From contig NC_043004.1 in the NCBI RefSeq assembly GCF_006345805.1, forward strand, positions 52,018,001 through 52,082,000: DNA of 64,000 nucleotides. The letters are read 5' to 3'. The notes beneath the pieces were generated by a model. It was not told the origin of the DNA. It made no database searches and saw nothing but the letters and a program-made list of their open reading frames with translations. Both the position numbers and the translations under genes were made by a program. The stretch is from Octopus sinensis. Lineage: Eukaryota. This document shows, in pieces, positions 1 to 12,503 of the stretch; position 1 is the first letter of the stretch; each line of letters starts with the position of its first letter.

Positions 1-292
1 TGTATGAAAATATAACATGTATGTATAGGTATGTGTTCATATATATATATGTGTATATGTATGTATATATATGTATATGTATATATATATGTATATATAT
101 GTATATATATATATATATATACATATATATATGTATATATATATGTATGTATATATATATATATATATATATATAATAAATGTGTGTGTGTGTACATTAA
201 CATATAACATATGTCACATACACACACACACACACATGTATACATGTACATACAACATACATACGTATATAAACACAAACATACATACATAT
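1..292. repeat. compound (TA)n/(TG)n/(CA)n microsatellite; representative of dozens across the window
   Basis: Direct dinucleotide runs; source of the YI/VC/HT-repeat ORFs. Confidence 0.95.
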
Positions 293-969
293 ACGAGAGC
301 TTAAAGAGAAAATAGAAGTGAATCAATTAATCATGATTTTATTCAAAATATTCCGCTCTCAACTGCATTCAGTTATCGCATTGATACTTGAGGTTTTCTA
401 AGCCCTGTAAAAGAACTCGGAACATTAGGCTTCCAACCAGGTCATTCACAAAACTCTTAAAGCCAGGAACTTTTCAGAACCGCTCGTATATATTAGGCTC
501 TTAAAAGCAGGGAGGTTAAAACCTTAACATACATGTACGCAGGTATAACCATAGTTTTGCAATTGCTAAGCGCCTACATTGTGTTTGCTTAAGTGAATAA
601 CTTGATCTACAGTTGAATTTTACCACCAAGTTGAAATAGCTGGAAAGAAGTCTGCTGTGAAACAGGCTTAATGCATTCCTTATGAATACATGGAGTTGTG
701 TGAATTGTTCAACATATTAAGCCATCTTTTCCTCCATCTATCTACATATTCACCCAATTCTCAAACTGCTAAATACTTTTGGATGATGATGAATGTTGTA
801 TATAGATATATTCATACATACATAGTGTGTGTGCATTTTTTCTGTATGTTTATATAGACACCTATGTATATATATATGCGTATGTATGTAAGTATGTATG
901 CATGTATGTATGTACATATCTATATAGATATACATGCAGGCTTTTATGCATGTATATATACATAGGGAG

Positions 970-1037
<68 letters not shown>

Positions 1038-1205
1038 TATATATATATAGGGAGAGTTATATATATATAATATATATATATATATACAGGACACTCACAT
1101 AATCGTGTATCTCTCTACATGCACAAAAGTCTATCTTCGAATTGGCGAACAGACAGAAAAAGCTGACATTAATGCTTTAGTAATATATATCTATATCTAT
1201 CTATC

Positions 1206-1271
<66 letters not shown>

Positions 1272-1732
1272 TATAATATATATACACACATATATATACA
1301 TATTTATGTATGAATATTTGTGCGTCAATGTGTCTATATGTGTATCCATATTAACACAGCTTCATGCATGATTGTACATATGCACAGACACACACGCACA
1401 CACATACATACAGATACACACACACATATATTTGTATGTATGTATACATAGCTACGTACACATATGCATCGTAGAACAGCAGCATACAGGCAGATGCACA
1501 CACTAAAAGATAAAGCGCTTCTGAAATGCTTATATTCCCAAGAGAGAAGAACAGCTTTGGGAGAACCTCGAAAGAAATATTTCGGTTGAATAATTTTTAA
1601 AGAACAAAATCTTCAATGAAGCGGGCTCTCGGGAACCGATTATTTTGGAGACTTCTTGTGAAATATTTTGAATGCATTGAAAATTGACCTCTATTCCATT
1701 CTTTTAAACTGACCTATTCTTTAGAGATTTAC

Positions 1733-1743
1733 TATTATTATTA

Positions 1744-1779
<36 letters not shown>

Positions 1780-1782
1780 TTC

Positions 1783-1814
<32 letters not shown>

Positions 1815-1893
1815 TATTATTATTTTATTATATTATTATTATTATTATTATTATTATATTATTATTATTATATTATTATTTATTATTATTATT
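1733..1893. repeat. (TTA)n microsatellite
   Basis: Direct trinucleotide run with interruptions. Confidence 0.95.
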
Positions 1894-2083
1894 TTCCTTT
1901 TAATTTCCGTTACTATGTGAAATTCTTTTATGGGAATATATCATTTTATGCATTATTACAAGGTTTGTTTACAGTTGGAGTGTCTTTTGGTGAGTAGGCA
2001 GAAGATAGGTTGTGTGGAATGTACATGTGCGCAAACACACACATTTGTATATACGCACATATACGTATATATCTATGTTTATG

Positions 2084-2166
<83 letters not shown>

Positions 2167-2570
2167 TATGTAAATATATATAAAAACCTATAAACAAGGG
2201 CAAAAAGAAAATAATTCTAACGCCAAATATGCCGAAAATTGACGAATCGTCAATAACTATTTTTATGAATTAACTCTGAAATTGGGACCGATACGATAAT
2301 AGCGGAATATTTTAGAAATTTCTGTCGGCTTACCTCGAGACGCGTGCTTTTAGTGATAAATTATATGGTTAATGTCGATTTGTCTATTTTCGTTATATAT
2401 GGCATTAGAATTTTTTCTTTTGCTCTTTTTTATAAGTTGTTTATGAATTAACCTTTAAGGTATTTTTTAATATGCTGGCCATTGATAGAATTTTTTTCCG
2501 AAAAATTCTATCGTATATATATATATATATATATATAGATAATAATATATATATATATATATTATATAAT

Positions 2571-2969
2571 AGGCGCAGGAGTGGCTGTGTGGTAAGTAGC
2601 TTACCAACCACATGATTCCGGCTTCAGTGCCACCGCGTGGCATCTTGGGCAAGTGTCTTCTACTATAGCCTCGGGCCGACCAATGCCTTGTGAGTGGATT
2701 TGGTAGACGGAAACTGAAAGAATCTTGTCGTATATATGTATATATATATATGTATGTGTTTGTGTGTCTGTGTTAGTCCCCCTAGCATTGCTTGACAACC
2801 GATGCTGGTGTCTTTATGTCCCCGTCTCTTAGCGGTTCGGCAAAAGAGACCGATAGAATAAGTACTGGCTTACAAAGAATAAGTCCCGGGGTCGATTTGC
2901 TCGACTAAAGGCGGTACTCCAGCATGGCCGCAGTCAAATGACTGAAACAAGTAAAAGAGTAAAAGAGTA
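2571..2969 (+). mobile_element. tRNA-derived SINE, family A, full length
   Basis: Head aggcgcaggagtggctgtgtggtaag with a B-box-like ggcttcagtgcc, internal TA/TG run, tail gactgaaacaagtaaaagagtaaaagag; more than 10 copies in the window. Confidence 0.9.
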
Positions 2970-3023
2970 TATTTAAATACATATATATGTATACATATAC
3001 ATATATATATATATATTACATAC

Positions 3024-3083
<60 letters not shown>

Positions 3084-3324
3084 TATATATAATATAATAC
3101 AAAAGGGACATGAAAAGCAAGACATCCGGACAACTAGGGTGATACTAAAAGGGACAACAAAACATCCAGATAGACGATACAAAGAACAAGGTCGGGTAAT
3201 TCGAAGTCTTCTATCTTCAGCCAAGAACCATATTATCCTCCAATTTTGGCTGATTATTATGTATGTATATATATATATGTATAAATAAGCAAATGAAAGA
3301 CAGAAGATGGAAATACGAAATTTA

Positions 3325-3441
3325 TTATTAAGCACGACAATTGTTTCGACACATCTAGCATCGATTCCTGTTGGGTGGGACACTCAACAACTGGTTCAGG
3401 AGCATCCGGTGGTGCAGATGTATCTCATCGGGTGATAAATA
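3325..3441 (-). ncRNA. type I hammerhead ribozyme motif with CCGAUGA core
   Basis: Minus strand: cac-CCGATGA-gatacatct...agatgtgtc-GAAA-C-AATT-GT-C-gtg. Stem II 9 bp, palindromic stem III ACAATTGT, GUC site, stem I short and imperfect. Confidence 0.7.
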
Positions 3442-3970
3442 AATACAATTCGTTCAGATGGCTGTTCGGCAATGTAACTTCCCGTTTTGTACCTAGACGG
3501 AGGACATATCTTCATTTATACAGAAGATCAAAAATATAATCATGGATGACAAAAAGAGAACGGAACACGCAATCTAGCAAGAAAAGTTTTGAAATAACCG
3601 TTAACAAATACAGATGTACAAACACCCTCGGGCAAGCTGCATGGCGCGAGTACACTCGTTTATACAAGCATCCGCAAACATGTAAGCATACGCACATGTA
3701 TGTTTTGGTGCAATCACAAAGCGAATTAGTTATCTACTTGGTGTTCATAAGAATGGGGGTGGGGTTAAAAGTAAACTTAAGTCATCCATACCTTAAAGTA
3801 AATTAAGTTAACAGTTACTCATAATTTTTTCTCATTGCATTGTGCGAAAGTACGTTTATATGCGTATTGGCATCTCGAGAGACGTTCAGAAATTTTACAA
3901 TCTTCTAATTTGTCCACAGAATAGACATGGTTTTCTCGGAGCAAAGACGGCATCTGCTGGAAATTATATC

Positions 3971-4001
<31 letters not shown>

Positions 4002-4057
4002 TGTATGTATGTATGTATGTATGTATGTATGTATGTATATATATATATAATAAATAT

Positions 4058-4145
<88 letters not shown>

Positions 4146-5527
4146 AGAACATAATTATTCATACGGAAGCATAAAATCCGTATAGTCAAATTAATAAATA
4201 TATAAAAATATATATAATTGAGGTACTAAGAAACACCAGCTTTACTAAAAATAGGAGTCATGAAAAACTCCGAAGCCATAGGAATTACCATTAAACCCCC
4301 ACAAACTATTATAGAAAAATGTATAGTACTGTATATTCATAAATTAATGCAAATAACGAAAGCTGGCTCATCAGGTCAGTGGAACATCATGGTCACACTC
4401 ATTCACACAAGAACACACACACAGACGTACGCACATACACAAACAAACATACTTATGTGGATAGACCCACGGATCTCGGTGCCAACTCAAACAACAAGAA
4501 CCACAACAACAGCAGTAGCAACAACAAAACGAACCATACCGCACTCCCACCAGCAACAACACAGACAGGACGCCAAAATAACAATGGTAGTTTGACAGAC
4601 AATTCAATTAAACTCTGTCAATCACCCAATCTTCGCAGCACCCTCTATGTGGTATTGAAAAGTTGGGGTAGATAACCTCCCTTGGTTTATTCTTTCACCT
4701 CGACACTGCTTGGTTAATTCATTCCTAATCTTGATGTAGACTGACTACAATTCAAATTTTAAAATGTTTTCTGGATATGAGTCGTTTGTTTGCTTGTGTA
4801 TGCACGTGCGTGTGCACCTTTCTGGTCTATTTTCCCTTTTGTTAATTAGTTTTGTGTCCCAACGATATCATGAACATCACCACCACCACCACCACCACCT
4901 CAACTATCAGCAACACCAGCGCCAACACTCGCACCAACAATACCATCACTACCCACTGCCAAAACCACCACCACCACCACCACCACCACCACTATCACCG
5001 CCTCCACCACTGTGCGTCACGATATCTTCTTATCTTCGTAGTGCTTCATTTGACGTGATAACGATAATGGTGGCGATGGTTGAGGTTAGTAATGGCGAAA
5101 GAACTACATTCACTAGTAGCGATGATCCTAATAATGTTAACGATAATAATGCTCTCACGTAAATATAAATACACCCCCACTGATGCACACGCAAATTTAC
5201 AAGCATACATACTCCTACACGCACGTATAAAGTGTATATGAGGTATAATGATCAAGATGTTATTCTGTATAGATTCTAACTAGAAAATTACAATGTAGAT
5301 TGGTACGACGGATTTTGTGTGGTGTGTTTTTCAGCTGAAAGTAGGATGCATATTAAAACACACAGTATAGCATATATATAACAGTGTCGCGCGCTTACGC
5401 ACAGACACAGATACACATAAACACATACAAAAACACATATGATGCGTATGCTGTGCGTGTATCGATATGTATACACTCACCCACACACGCATATATATAA
5501 TATATCTATATATATATATGCATATAA

Positions 5528-5600
<73 letters not shown>

Positions 5601-5613
5601 TCAACCGTACATC

Positions 5614-5880
5614 TACTCTTTTACTCTTTTAGTTGTTTCAGTCATTTGACTGTGGCCATGCTGGAGCACCGCCTTTAGTCGAGATACACAAACACACACA
5701 CACTACACAAACACACACATATATATATATACATATATACGGGCTTCTTTCAGTTTCCGTCTAACAAATCCACTCAGGCTATAGTAGAAGACACTTGCCC
5801 AAGGTCCAACGCAGTGGGACTGAACCCGGAACCATGTGGCTGGTAAACAAGCTACTTACCACACAGCCGCTCCTACGCCT
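5614..5880 (-). mobile_element. SINE family A, internally deleted
   Basis: Reverse complement of the head and tail of 2571-2969. Confidence 0.85.
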
Positions 5881-5928
5881 ATATATACATACATACACAC
5901 GCGCATACATACGCGTACACACCCATAC

Positions 5929-6316
5929 GTGTAGGATCAGGCTTGCCTATGTAGCATGGTTCCCGATCCAGTCCTGCTGCATGGCACCTTAGGCAAGTTT
6001 CCTCTACTATGGCCTCGGGTGGACCAATGCCTCGTGAGTGGATTTAGTAGACGGAAACTGAAAGAAGCCCGTCGTATCTATGTATACATGTGTGCGTCTT
6101 GATGCCTGTACTTGTTCCCCTCTATCACTTGACAAGCGGTTGACAACCGTATTTACGTCAATGTTGTCTAGCCGTTTGGCTAAAAAATCCGATAGAATAA
6201 TTACTAGGAATTTAAGAATAAGAAGTCCTAGGGTCGATTTGCTCCACTAAAACCCTTCAAGGCGGGCCTCCTTGTATGGCCGCAAGTAAATGACAGAAAC
6301 AAGTAAAAAGACAAGA

Positions 6317-6318
<2 letters not shown>
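5929..6318 (+). mobile_element. SINE family A, diverged copy
   Basis: Colinear with 2571-2969 (gtgagtggattt.gtagacggaaactgaaagaagcccgtcg). Confidence 0.8.
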
Positions 6319-6357
<39 letters not shown>

Positions 6358-6365
6358 GGCTCAGT

Positions 6366-6396
<31 letters not shown>

Positions 6397-6400
<4 letters not shown>

Positions 6401-6730
6401 TCAGTGGATAGAGCGTCGAGCTTACGATCGTGAGGTTGTGAGCTCGAATCCCGGACGGGGCTGCGTGTTGTGTTCTTGAGCAAGGCACTTTATTTCACGT
6501 TGCTCCAGTTCACTCAGCTGTAGAAATGAGTTGCGACGTCACAGGTGCCAAGCTGTATCGGCCCTTGCCTTTCCCTTGGACAACATCAGTGACGTGGAGA
6601 GGGGAGGCCGGTATGCATGGGCGACTGCTGGTCTTCCATAAAACAACCTTGCCCAGACTTGTGCCTCAGAGGGTATCTCTCTAGGTGCAAACCCATGGTC
6701 AGTGCCTGACCGAAGGGGGTCTTTACCCTT
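6397..6730 (+). mobile_element. tRNA-derived SINE, family D
   Basis: A box tggctcagtgg, B box gagctcgaatcc, body gagcaaggcactttatttcacgttgctccag; related head at 51860-51975. Confidence 0.8.
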
Positions 6731-6761
<31 letters not shown>

Positions 6762-6807
6762 TATATACGTGTATGTATATATATATTTATATATATATAC
6801 GTGTATG

Positions 6808-6848
<41 letters not shown>

Positions 6849-6916
6849 AGCACACATACACGCACACAGACGCACGTATATATGTATGTATATGCATACA
6901 CACACGTATATATAAA

Positions 6917-7131
6917 TTCTTTTCTACCCTAGGTACAAGGCCCGAAACATTAAGGGAGGGGGGGCAGTTGATTAGATCGACTCCAGTACGCAACTGGTAC
7001 TTAATTTATCGACCCCGAAAGGATGAAAGGCAAAGTCGACTTCGGCGGAATTTGAACTCAGAACGTAAAGACAAACGAACTACTGCTAAGCATTTCACCC
7101 GGCGTGCTAACGTTTCTGCCAGATTGCCCCC
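6917..7131 (-). mobile_element. SINE family B
   Basis: Reverse complement of ctggcagaaacgttagcac...gttctgagttcaaattccgccga...ctttcatcctttcggggtcgataaattaagtaccag. Confidence 0.9.
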
Positions 7132-7620
7132 TACACATGTATATATATACATCAACGTACGAATTTAGTCTACTTGCGCCATATTAAGAATTCCTTAATT
7201 AATCGGATAATTGGTAAATAACTCGAATTTAGAATTACCCATTCAGTTTCCAACCTGTATAATTGACTTATATGATGATGGATTACTTGAGTGTCAACTT
7301 TGTGCTATTCTGTGTATCCAATACACGTTGTTTTGTCTCGATTCTTAATGGTACTTTTAACCGACATATATGTGCGTGTGCGGTGTGTGTGTGTGTGTTT
7401 GTGTAATGTGTGTGTGCATGCGTGCACATTATCGCATTTGCTTGTGTATGTGTCTATGTATGATGTTGTTGCCCATACACCTGTCAAAGCACCATGAATG
7501 ATGTGGTGTTCCTGAAATGTTACGTTACTTAAGTTGTAGCATTATATGTCACGATGGAAATAGCTCGTTCCAACAAGTAATATAATCAAATAAACAGTGT
7601 TTCTCAGTGATACATCATGA

Positions 7621-7836
7621 AAAGGCGGTGAGCTGGCAGAAACGTTAGCACACAGGGCGAATTACCCAGCGGTATTTCGTCTGTCTTCATGTTCTGAGTT
7701 CAAATTCCGCCGAGGTCAACTTTGCCATTCATCCTTTTGGGGGTCGATAAATTAAGTACCAGTTGCACACTGGGGTCGATCTAATCGACTGGCCCCTTCC
7801 CCCAAACTTTCGGGCCTTTTGCCTAGAGTAGAAAGA
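7621..7836 (+). mobile_element. SINE family B
   Basis: Same family in forward orientation; inverted relative to 6917-7131. Confidence 0.9.
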
Positions 7837-8239
7837 TAAAAAATCCATCTAAATATTAACTGCTCACAGCACCTGTAATTAGATGAACTGTATCATTTGG
7901 CAGTATCTAAACTTATATTGAAAACAGGTGATAAGTAATTTCTTTTTATGGCGTTGGGTAACATGGTGACTGTGTTGTTCTTTTTATAGATCCTCCGCAA
8001 CTACAGAAATTACCGTAGTAAATGTGTTCCACGACAATCTTCAGCGAATTTTTGCACATAGATGGTAGTGAGTGTAGGATCCATTATGTGTCTAATAATT
8101 GCCCGCATTTGCAAGCGAATCATCTCCCTTTTCTCGTTCAATAGGAAAGCGACGCCATGAAATATATGAAAGTGTGAAGCTGAGTATTTAATTAGAATAA
8201 TTCATTTACTAACGTAAATATAATTTTCAAAGTTTTTGC

Positions 8240-8603
8240 ACAAGACCAGCAAGTCGATTGTATCTCCTCCAGTGCTCAACTGGTACTTACTTTATTGAGC
8301 CCCGATAGGATGGAATGCAAAGTCGACCCCGGCGGAATATGAACTCAGTACATAAATATGGACAAAATACCTATTTCTTTGCTACCCACAAGGGGCTACA
8401 CACGGAGAGGACAAACACGGACAGACAAACGGATTAAGTCGATTATATCGACGCCAGTGCGTAACTGGTATTTATTTAATCGACCCCGAAAGGATGAAAA
8501 GCAAAGTCGACCTCAGCGGAATTTGAACTCAGAACGTAAAGACAGACGAAATACTGGTAAGCATTTCGCCCGGCGTGCTAACGTTTCTGCCAGCTTGCCC
8601 CCC
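8240..8603 (-). mobile_element. composite of two family B SINEs (long-tail variant joined to a partial copy)
   Basis: Junction gacaaaatac|ctatttc at 8370/8371. Confidence 0.8.
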
Positions 8604-8779
8604 TTCGCAGAGATGATTATTAATAACAGTGCTACAGATAAACTTAGTTTGGATGTTGCTTAATCGGGTAACTGGGTGCTGTTTATTACGGTTAATTAAT
8701 TGTATATTTTATGACAGTTAACAACAGTTGAAGAATATGAAACATTAATTCAAATATATTAGTTATCTGCAGAAACAAG

Positions 8780-9860
8780 AAAGAGAGAAGATGTAAGCTA
8801 GAGACTATATCCTGTCTGTGTTAAACGATACAGGATATATCCAGTGGCTTTCTTTGACTCTTGAGGAATCTATAGATACCTTATAGTTTGGTGTTGCAGA
8901 TGATTATTTGAGGAATTAATGCTAAGTTCAGAATAACGGTAGAACTAGCTTTAATAAGCAGTATACATGGAAGAACAACTGGTGAAAATATTTGCCAAAT
9001 CATGGAGGATAGAATATTTTATTGTCAAAGTACAAGATGCGACAAAAGACCTCCCATATTTTATGGGGCCGTTGGTGTGGTACCAGCGAAATTAATCAGA
9101 TGGTAGCGGTATATTAATAAGGCTATGTTATTTCGTTCATTTATCACCAGTTTCGACTGCTGCACACCGTGCGTTTGTTTGTTGAAACTTTTATCAATTT
9201 GTAAAATGTAGAAGGTTTTTAGACGCATCCTGTACAATCTGGTTTAGAAGAAAATATAGAGGATTACAACTGATGGTGGAAAATATGAATGATCTAAGAA
9301 AAAAATGTTTCGTTGGACAGATCTATGAAGATTGTGACAGTTTGGGAACTACAAAACATGATTTACTACCTCATTCAGCATCAATCACTTTGTCGGAAAA
9401 AATGTTTTATATTCGCCACAAGTAATAGAACCACTTATATCAGCAGTGAAACTTATCGATCTCATTAACTGAATAAGCGAACATTTCGGAAAAAATAAAA
9501 GATGAAAAGAAGCACTGTTTACTGTACAATGGCGGTAACTTTTTGAACTTCGACTGGAGGAACGACATGCGTTTTGGGATAATGTGAAAGATTGCTACAT
9601 GCGTATGGTCTTAACAAATTGAAATTTAGATGATAAGGTAATTTTGACTTCATAATGCGACATATACTCTGCAGTGTAAGCTTTACAACAAATTATTTTC
9701 CCTTCCAGCTATAATAATACATAACTTCAACTATTTTCCATGCTGAAGTAAATACAACAAAGAAAGAAATTCTGTATTTCCTTTCGAAATAATTCAAGAA
9801 ATATTCACTTGCCTGAAGCTACAGCTTCAACAGCATTTTTCAGGTCTTAACGAAGATTAT
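8780..9860 (+). mobile_element. fossil hAT transposase (Charlie/SPIN/GTF2IRD2-like), frameshifted
   Basis: Manual translation gives motifs in family order: QWLSLTLEESIDT (FSLALDESTD), LQMII*GINAKFRITVELALISSIHGRTTGENIC (QLAIFIRG...EELL...HGTTTGEDIF), ITTDGG (VTTDGA), KKCFVG, HQSLCRK (HQEALCGK), FELRLE. Family motifs recalled from memory. Confidence 0.75.
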
Positions 9861-10679
9861 CAAGTAATAACCGTCAGTTTTTCACTTAAAAGTTACTGAC
9901 ATCCACTCAAATTACGTACGCTTTTAAAACAAGTTTAAATGACACACAAAAAAAGTAACTGATGTCTACAAATGTCTATAAAACGAAGGTTGTTTTTATT
10001 TTCAAAATCCTCTGCTGTGGGTAGGTTTCTCTTTCCTTCAAACGGTAGGATATGACTTAAGGAAAATTTAGCTGCCATTTCTAGCATAACCCTTCTATCT
10101 AATTTTTCTACAGATGTCAGGAGTTTTTTCCAGTTGAATCACAATCATAAATTTTATCAGTTGGAGAAGGGGTCGCGGTTGCTATTGTCACAGTTGTTGC
10201 CTTCTAATTAAAACTTCAGAGTACTATAGGAATATCCTCATCCATGGTGATGTAGCCCTCAATAATTGTTAACATCTTGTAGTTACTTTTGCTTAATAGC
10301 CAACGAGGAATAACTTTGCAGATGATGCAACTCATTTTAAAACGAATGCACAGGAAAGGTGAAAAGAAGTAACTTATCCAAAAGGACTACACGCTAGTCA
10401 GTTTGCGAATCGAATTTACGGACGTGAAATCGTGAGTCCAACGGCCTGGCCGCTCAGCCACATGACTTAGCTTGTAAGAATAACAGTAAGGGTATGAACA
10501 ATAAGGCCTTCTGTATGAAAAAGAAGCAGGAAAATAGGCACTAGGACAGCGAAGCAGAGAGCGTAAATGTTAATTAACTAAGAGAAATGGGTATGCGGGT
10601 ATTTTGAAAATACCCTTACAGATTGCATTTTGACAAGATATAGCACCCATTCATCAACCCTGCCAGGGATTCGGCGGGG

Positions 10680-10860
10680 TTATGGGACTGCAACGCAGCG
10701 AAGTGTGAAGAGCTAGCGGAGGAGCTCAGAGAGCGAAAGGTTCTTCTTACATTGATGCTGAGCGGAGAAATCCTTAAAGTTCAAACAGTCAGGATCATCA
10801 ATCTCTATCAAGAGAGTAACTGCAAGTTATCCGTAGGGGTGGCATCCATAGTTGTGTAAT
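10680..10860 (+). mobile_element. possible degenerate RTE-type LINE endonuclease fragment
   Basis: Open frame LWDCNAAKCEELAEELRERKV...LSVGVASIVV resembles RTE APE N-terminus (ELA..L.RRKV; VGGVG); weak similarity. Confidence 0.4.
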
Positions 10861-12356
10861 CAGTCAATGAAATATTCACTATTGCTCAAGCTCCCACTTC
10901 AAATTAATAAAGGAATTGGAGAGGAAACAGGGGACCATGGGGATCTACAAAAGCAGCGAAAAAAGAATTAGGAGAAATTAGGTTCGTGATTTGATTGTGA
11001 AAAATAAAACGAAAAAAAAATGTAAGCGAGAAAATCTTAGAATTATAAATGAATTAAAAGTAGAATTCTCAACATACGTCTACGAGTATTCTTTAGTGTT
11101 GCCCAGGACATGAAAATATCTCCGGTGATGTGTCTCAAAAACTAATGGCTCATGTATATTTTGTAAAATTGTGATGCTAGGAAGTATATCAAACCATATA
11201 AACTATGCAAAAACTGAATTTGATCCTCGTTAGAGTGGTGACAATTCCGGACATGTTTGGCTTTAAGCCTCATAAGTGTGGCATAGGGAAAATATTATTG
11301 TTCGTCGATGTCAGAATGGCGAGGAGAAGAGATAATATTTTACTGAAAGGTCACTCGGAAAAATGGGAGGAAAATACTCATGGATGCTTGCAGCATAGAA
11401 ATGAATACTAAAGCCGATCATATTAGAATGCTTGAAGCAGAGACACTAGAATTTTTAATTAAGGAAAATTACAGCCTTATTGAAGATGAGAAAAAAAGGA
11501 AATCATTAATCGAAATTAATTAGAAATTGAATGCAATGGCGGATAAGAATTTGTCATTAACATAATGATCTTTTTCTCCCCTTTAAAGGAGTAAATTTAA
11601 TTAATTAATTAATTAAAATTCTTTGTTTCAGTTCATTACGTATGGTAGGGCCCACATAATTATTTATAGTTAGAGTGCAAATTTTCCACACATGATTCTT
11701 TACTGTTAGTGAAATGTATTTCATTGTGTTTCTTATTGAAATTAATCTACAAAGTACCTCATTACTTATATGTCATATACGTGTTACAGCTCAATATGTC
11801 ACATCTCTGAACAGTGTTGTGTTAAAATACACGATGTCTTGAGCAATAAGCTTCGTTGGAGATTACATATGAAAGATGAGTCTAACAGGTCAGTCATTTA
11901 TCAAGTACTCTAGTTCACATAATCCTTACTGTGCATATCGTCAGCTGACACTCACTGACGAGAATGTTTCTGTAACATATACTGCACCATCGTTAATTGT
12001 GTTCGGTGTCAATATAACATACATATACACCTCTTTTGACCATTCACTTTTCACTTGAAGAAAAGGTAGGATGTAGCAGCTGAAGTAAAATGATAATTCA
12101 TAAGCATGTAATCCTTATAGATGAGAAAAATGGAGTGACTTGAAAACAAAGCGTTTCTTCTGAAAGACACACCAGACATACTTTATATATGGATAGATTA
12201 TAATGATCGTTCTCAAATTCACATGCATGGTAACACTCATTCAAATATCGTCCATATCAATGATGAAGTCCATAACGGAATTGTAAAACCCAACAGAATC
12301 ATAGGCAGACTTCACGAGAAAGTTATGGTGAGGTGCATAGATTTTGCATAGTTTAA

Positions 12357-12503
12357 ATTGCAGTCACTCTCTTGATAGAGATTGATGATCCTGACTGTTT
12401 GAACTTTAAGGATTTCTCCGCTCAGCATCAATGTAAGAAGCACCTTTCGCTCAGTTAAGCTCCTCTGCTAGCTCTTCACACTCCGCCGCGTTGCAGTCCC
12501 ATA
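12357..12503 (-). repeat. inverted copy of 10680-10826
   Basis: About 147 bp, about 9-10 differences by manual alignment. Confidence 0.9.

Noticed and set aside
1975-1989. 15 nt microexon-like tttacag|TTGGAGTGTCTTTTG|gtgagt (similar candidates near 39996-40029 and 43940-43981)
   Set aside because: Short AG/GT pairs are expected by chance; no supporting gene.
3100-3250. Minus-strand ctgaagatagaagacttcgaatt in a TA-flanked fragment
   Set aside because: GAAT instead of GAAA and weak stem II; not supportable.
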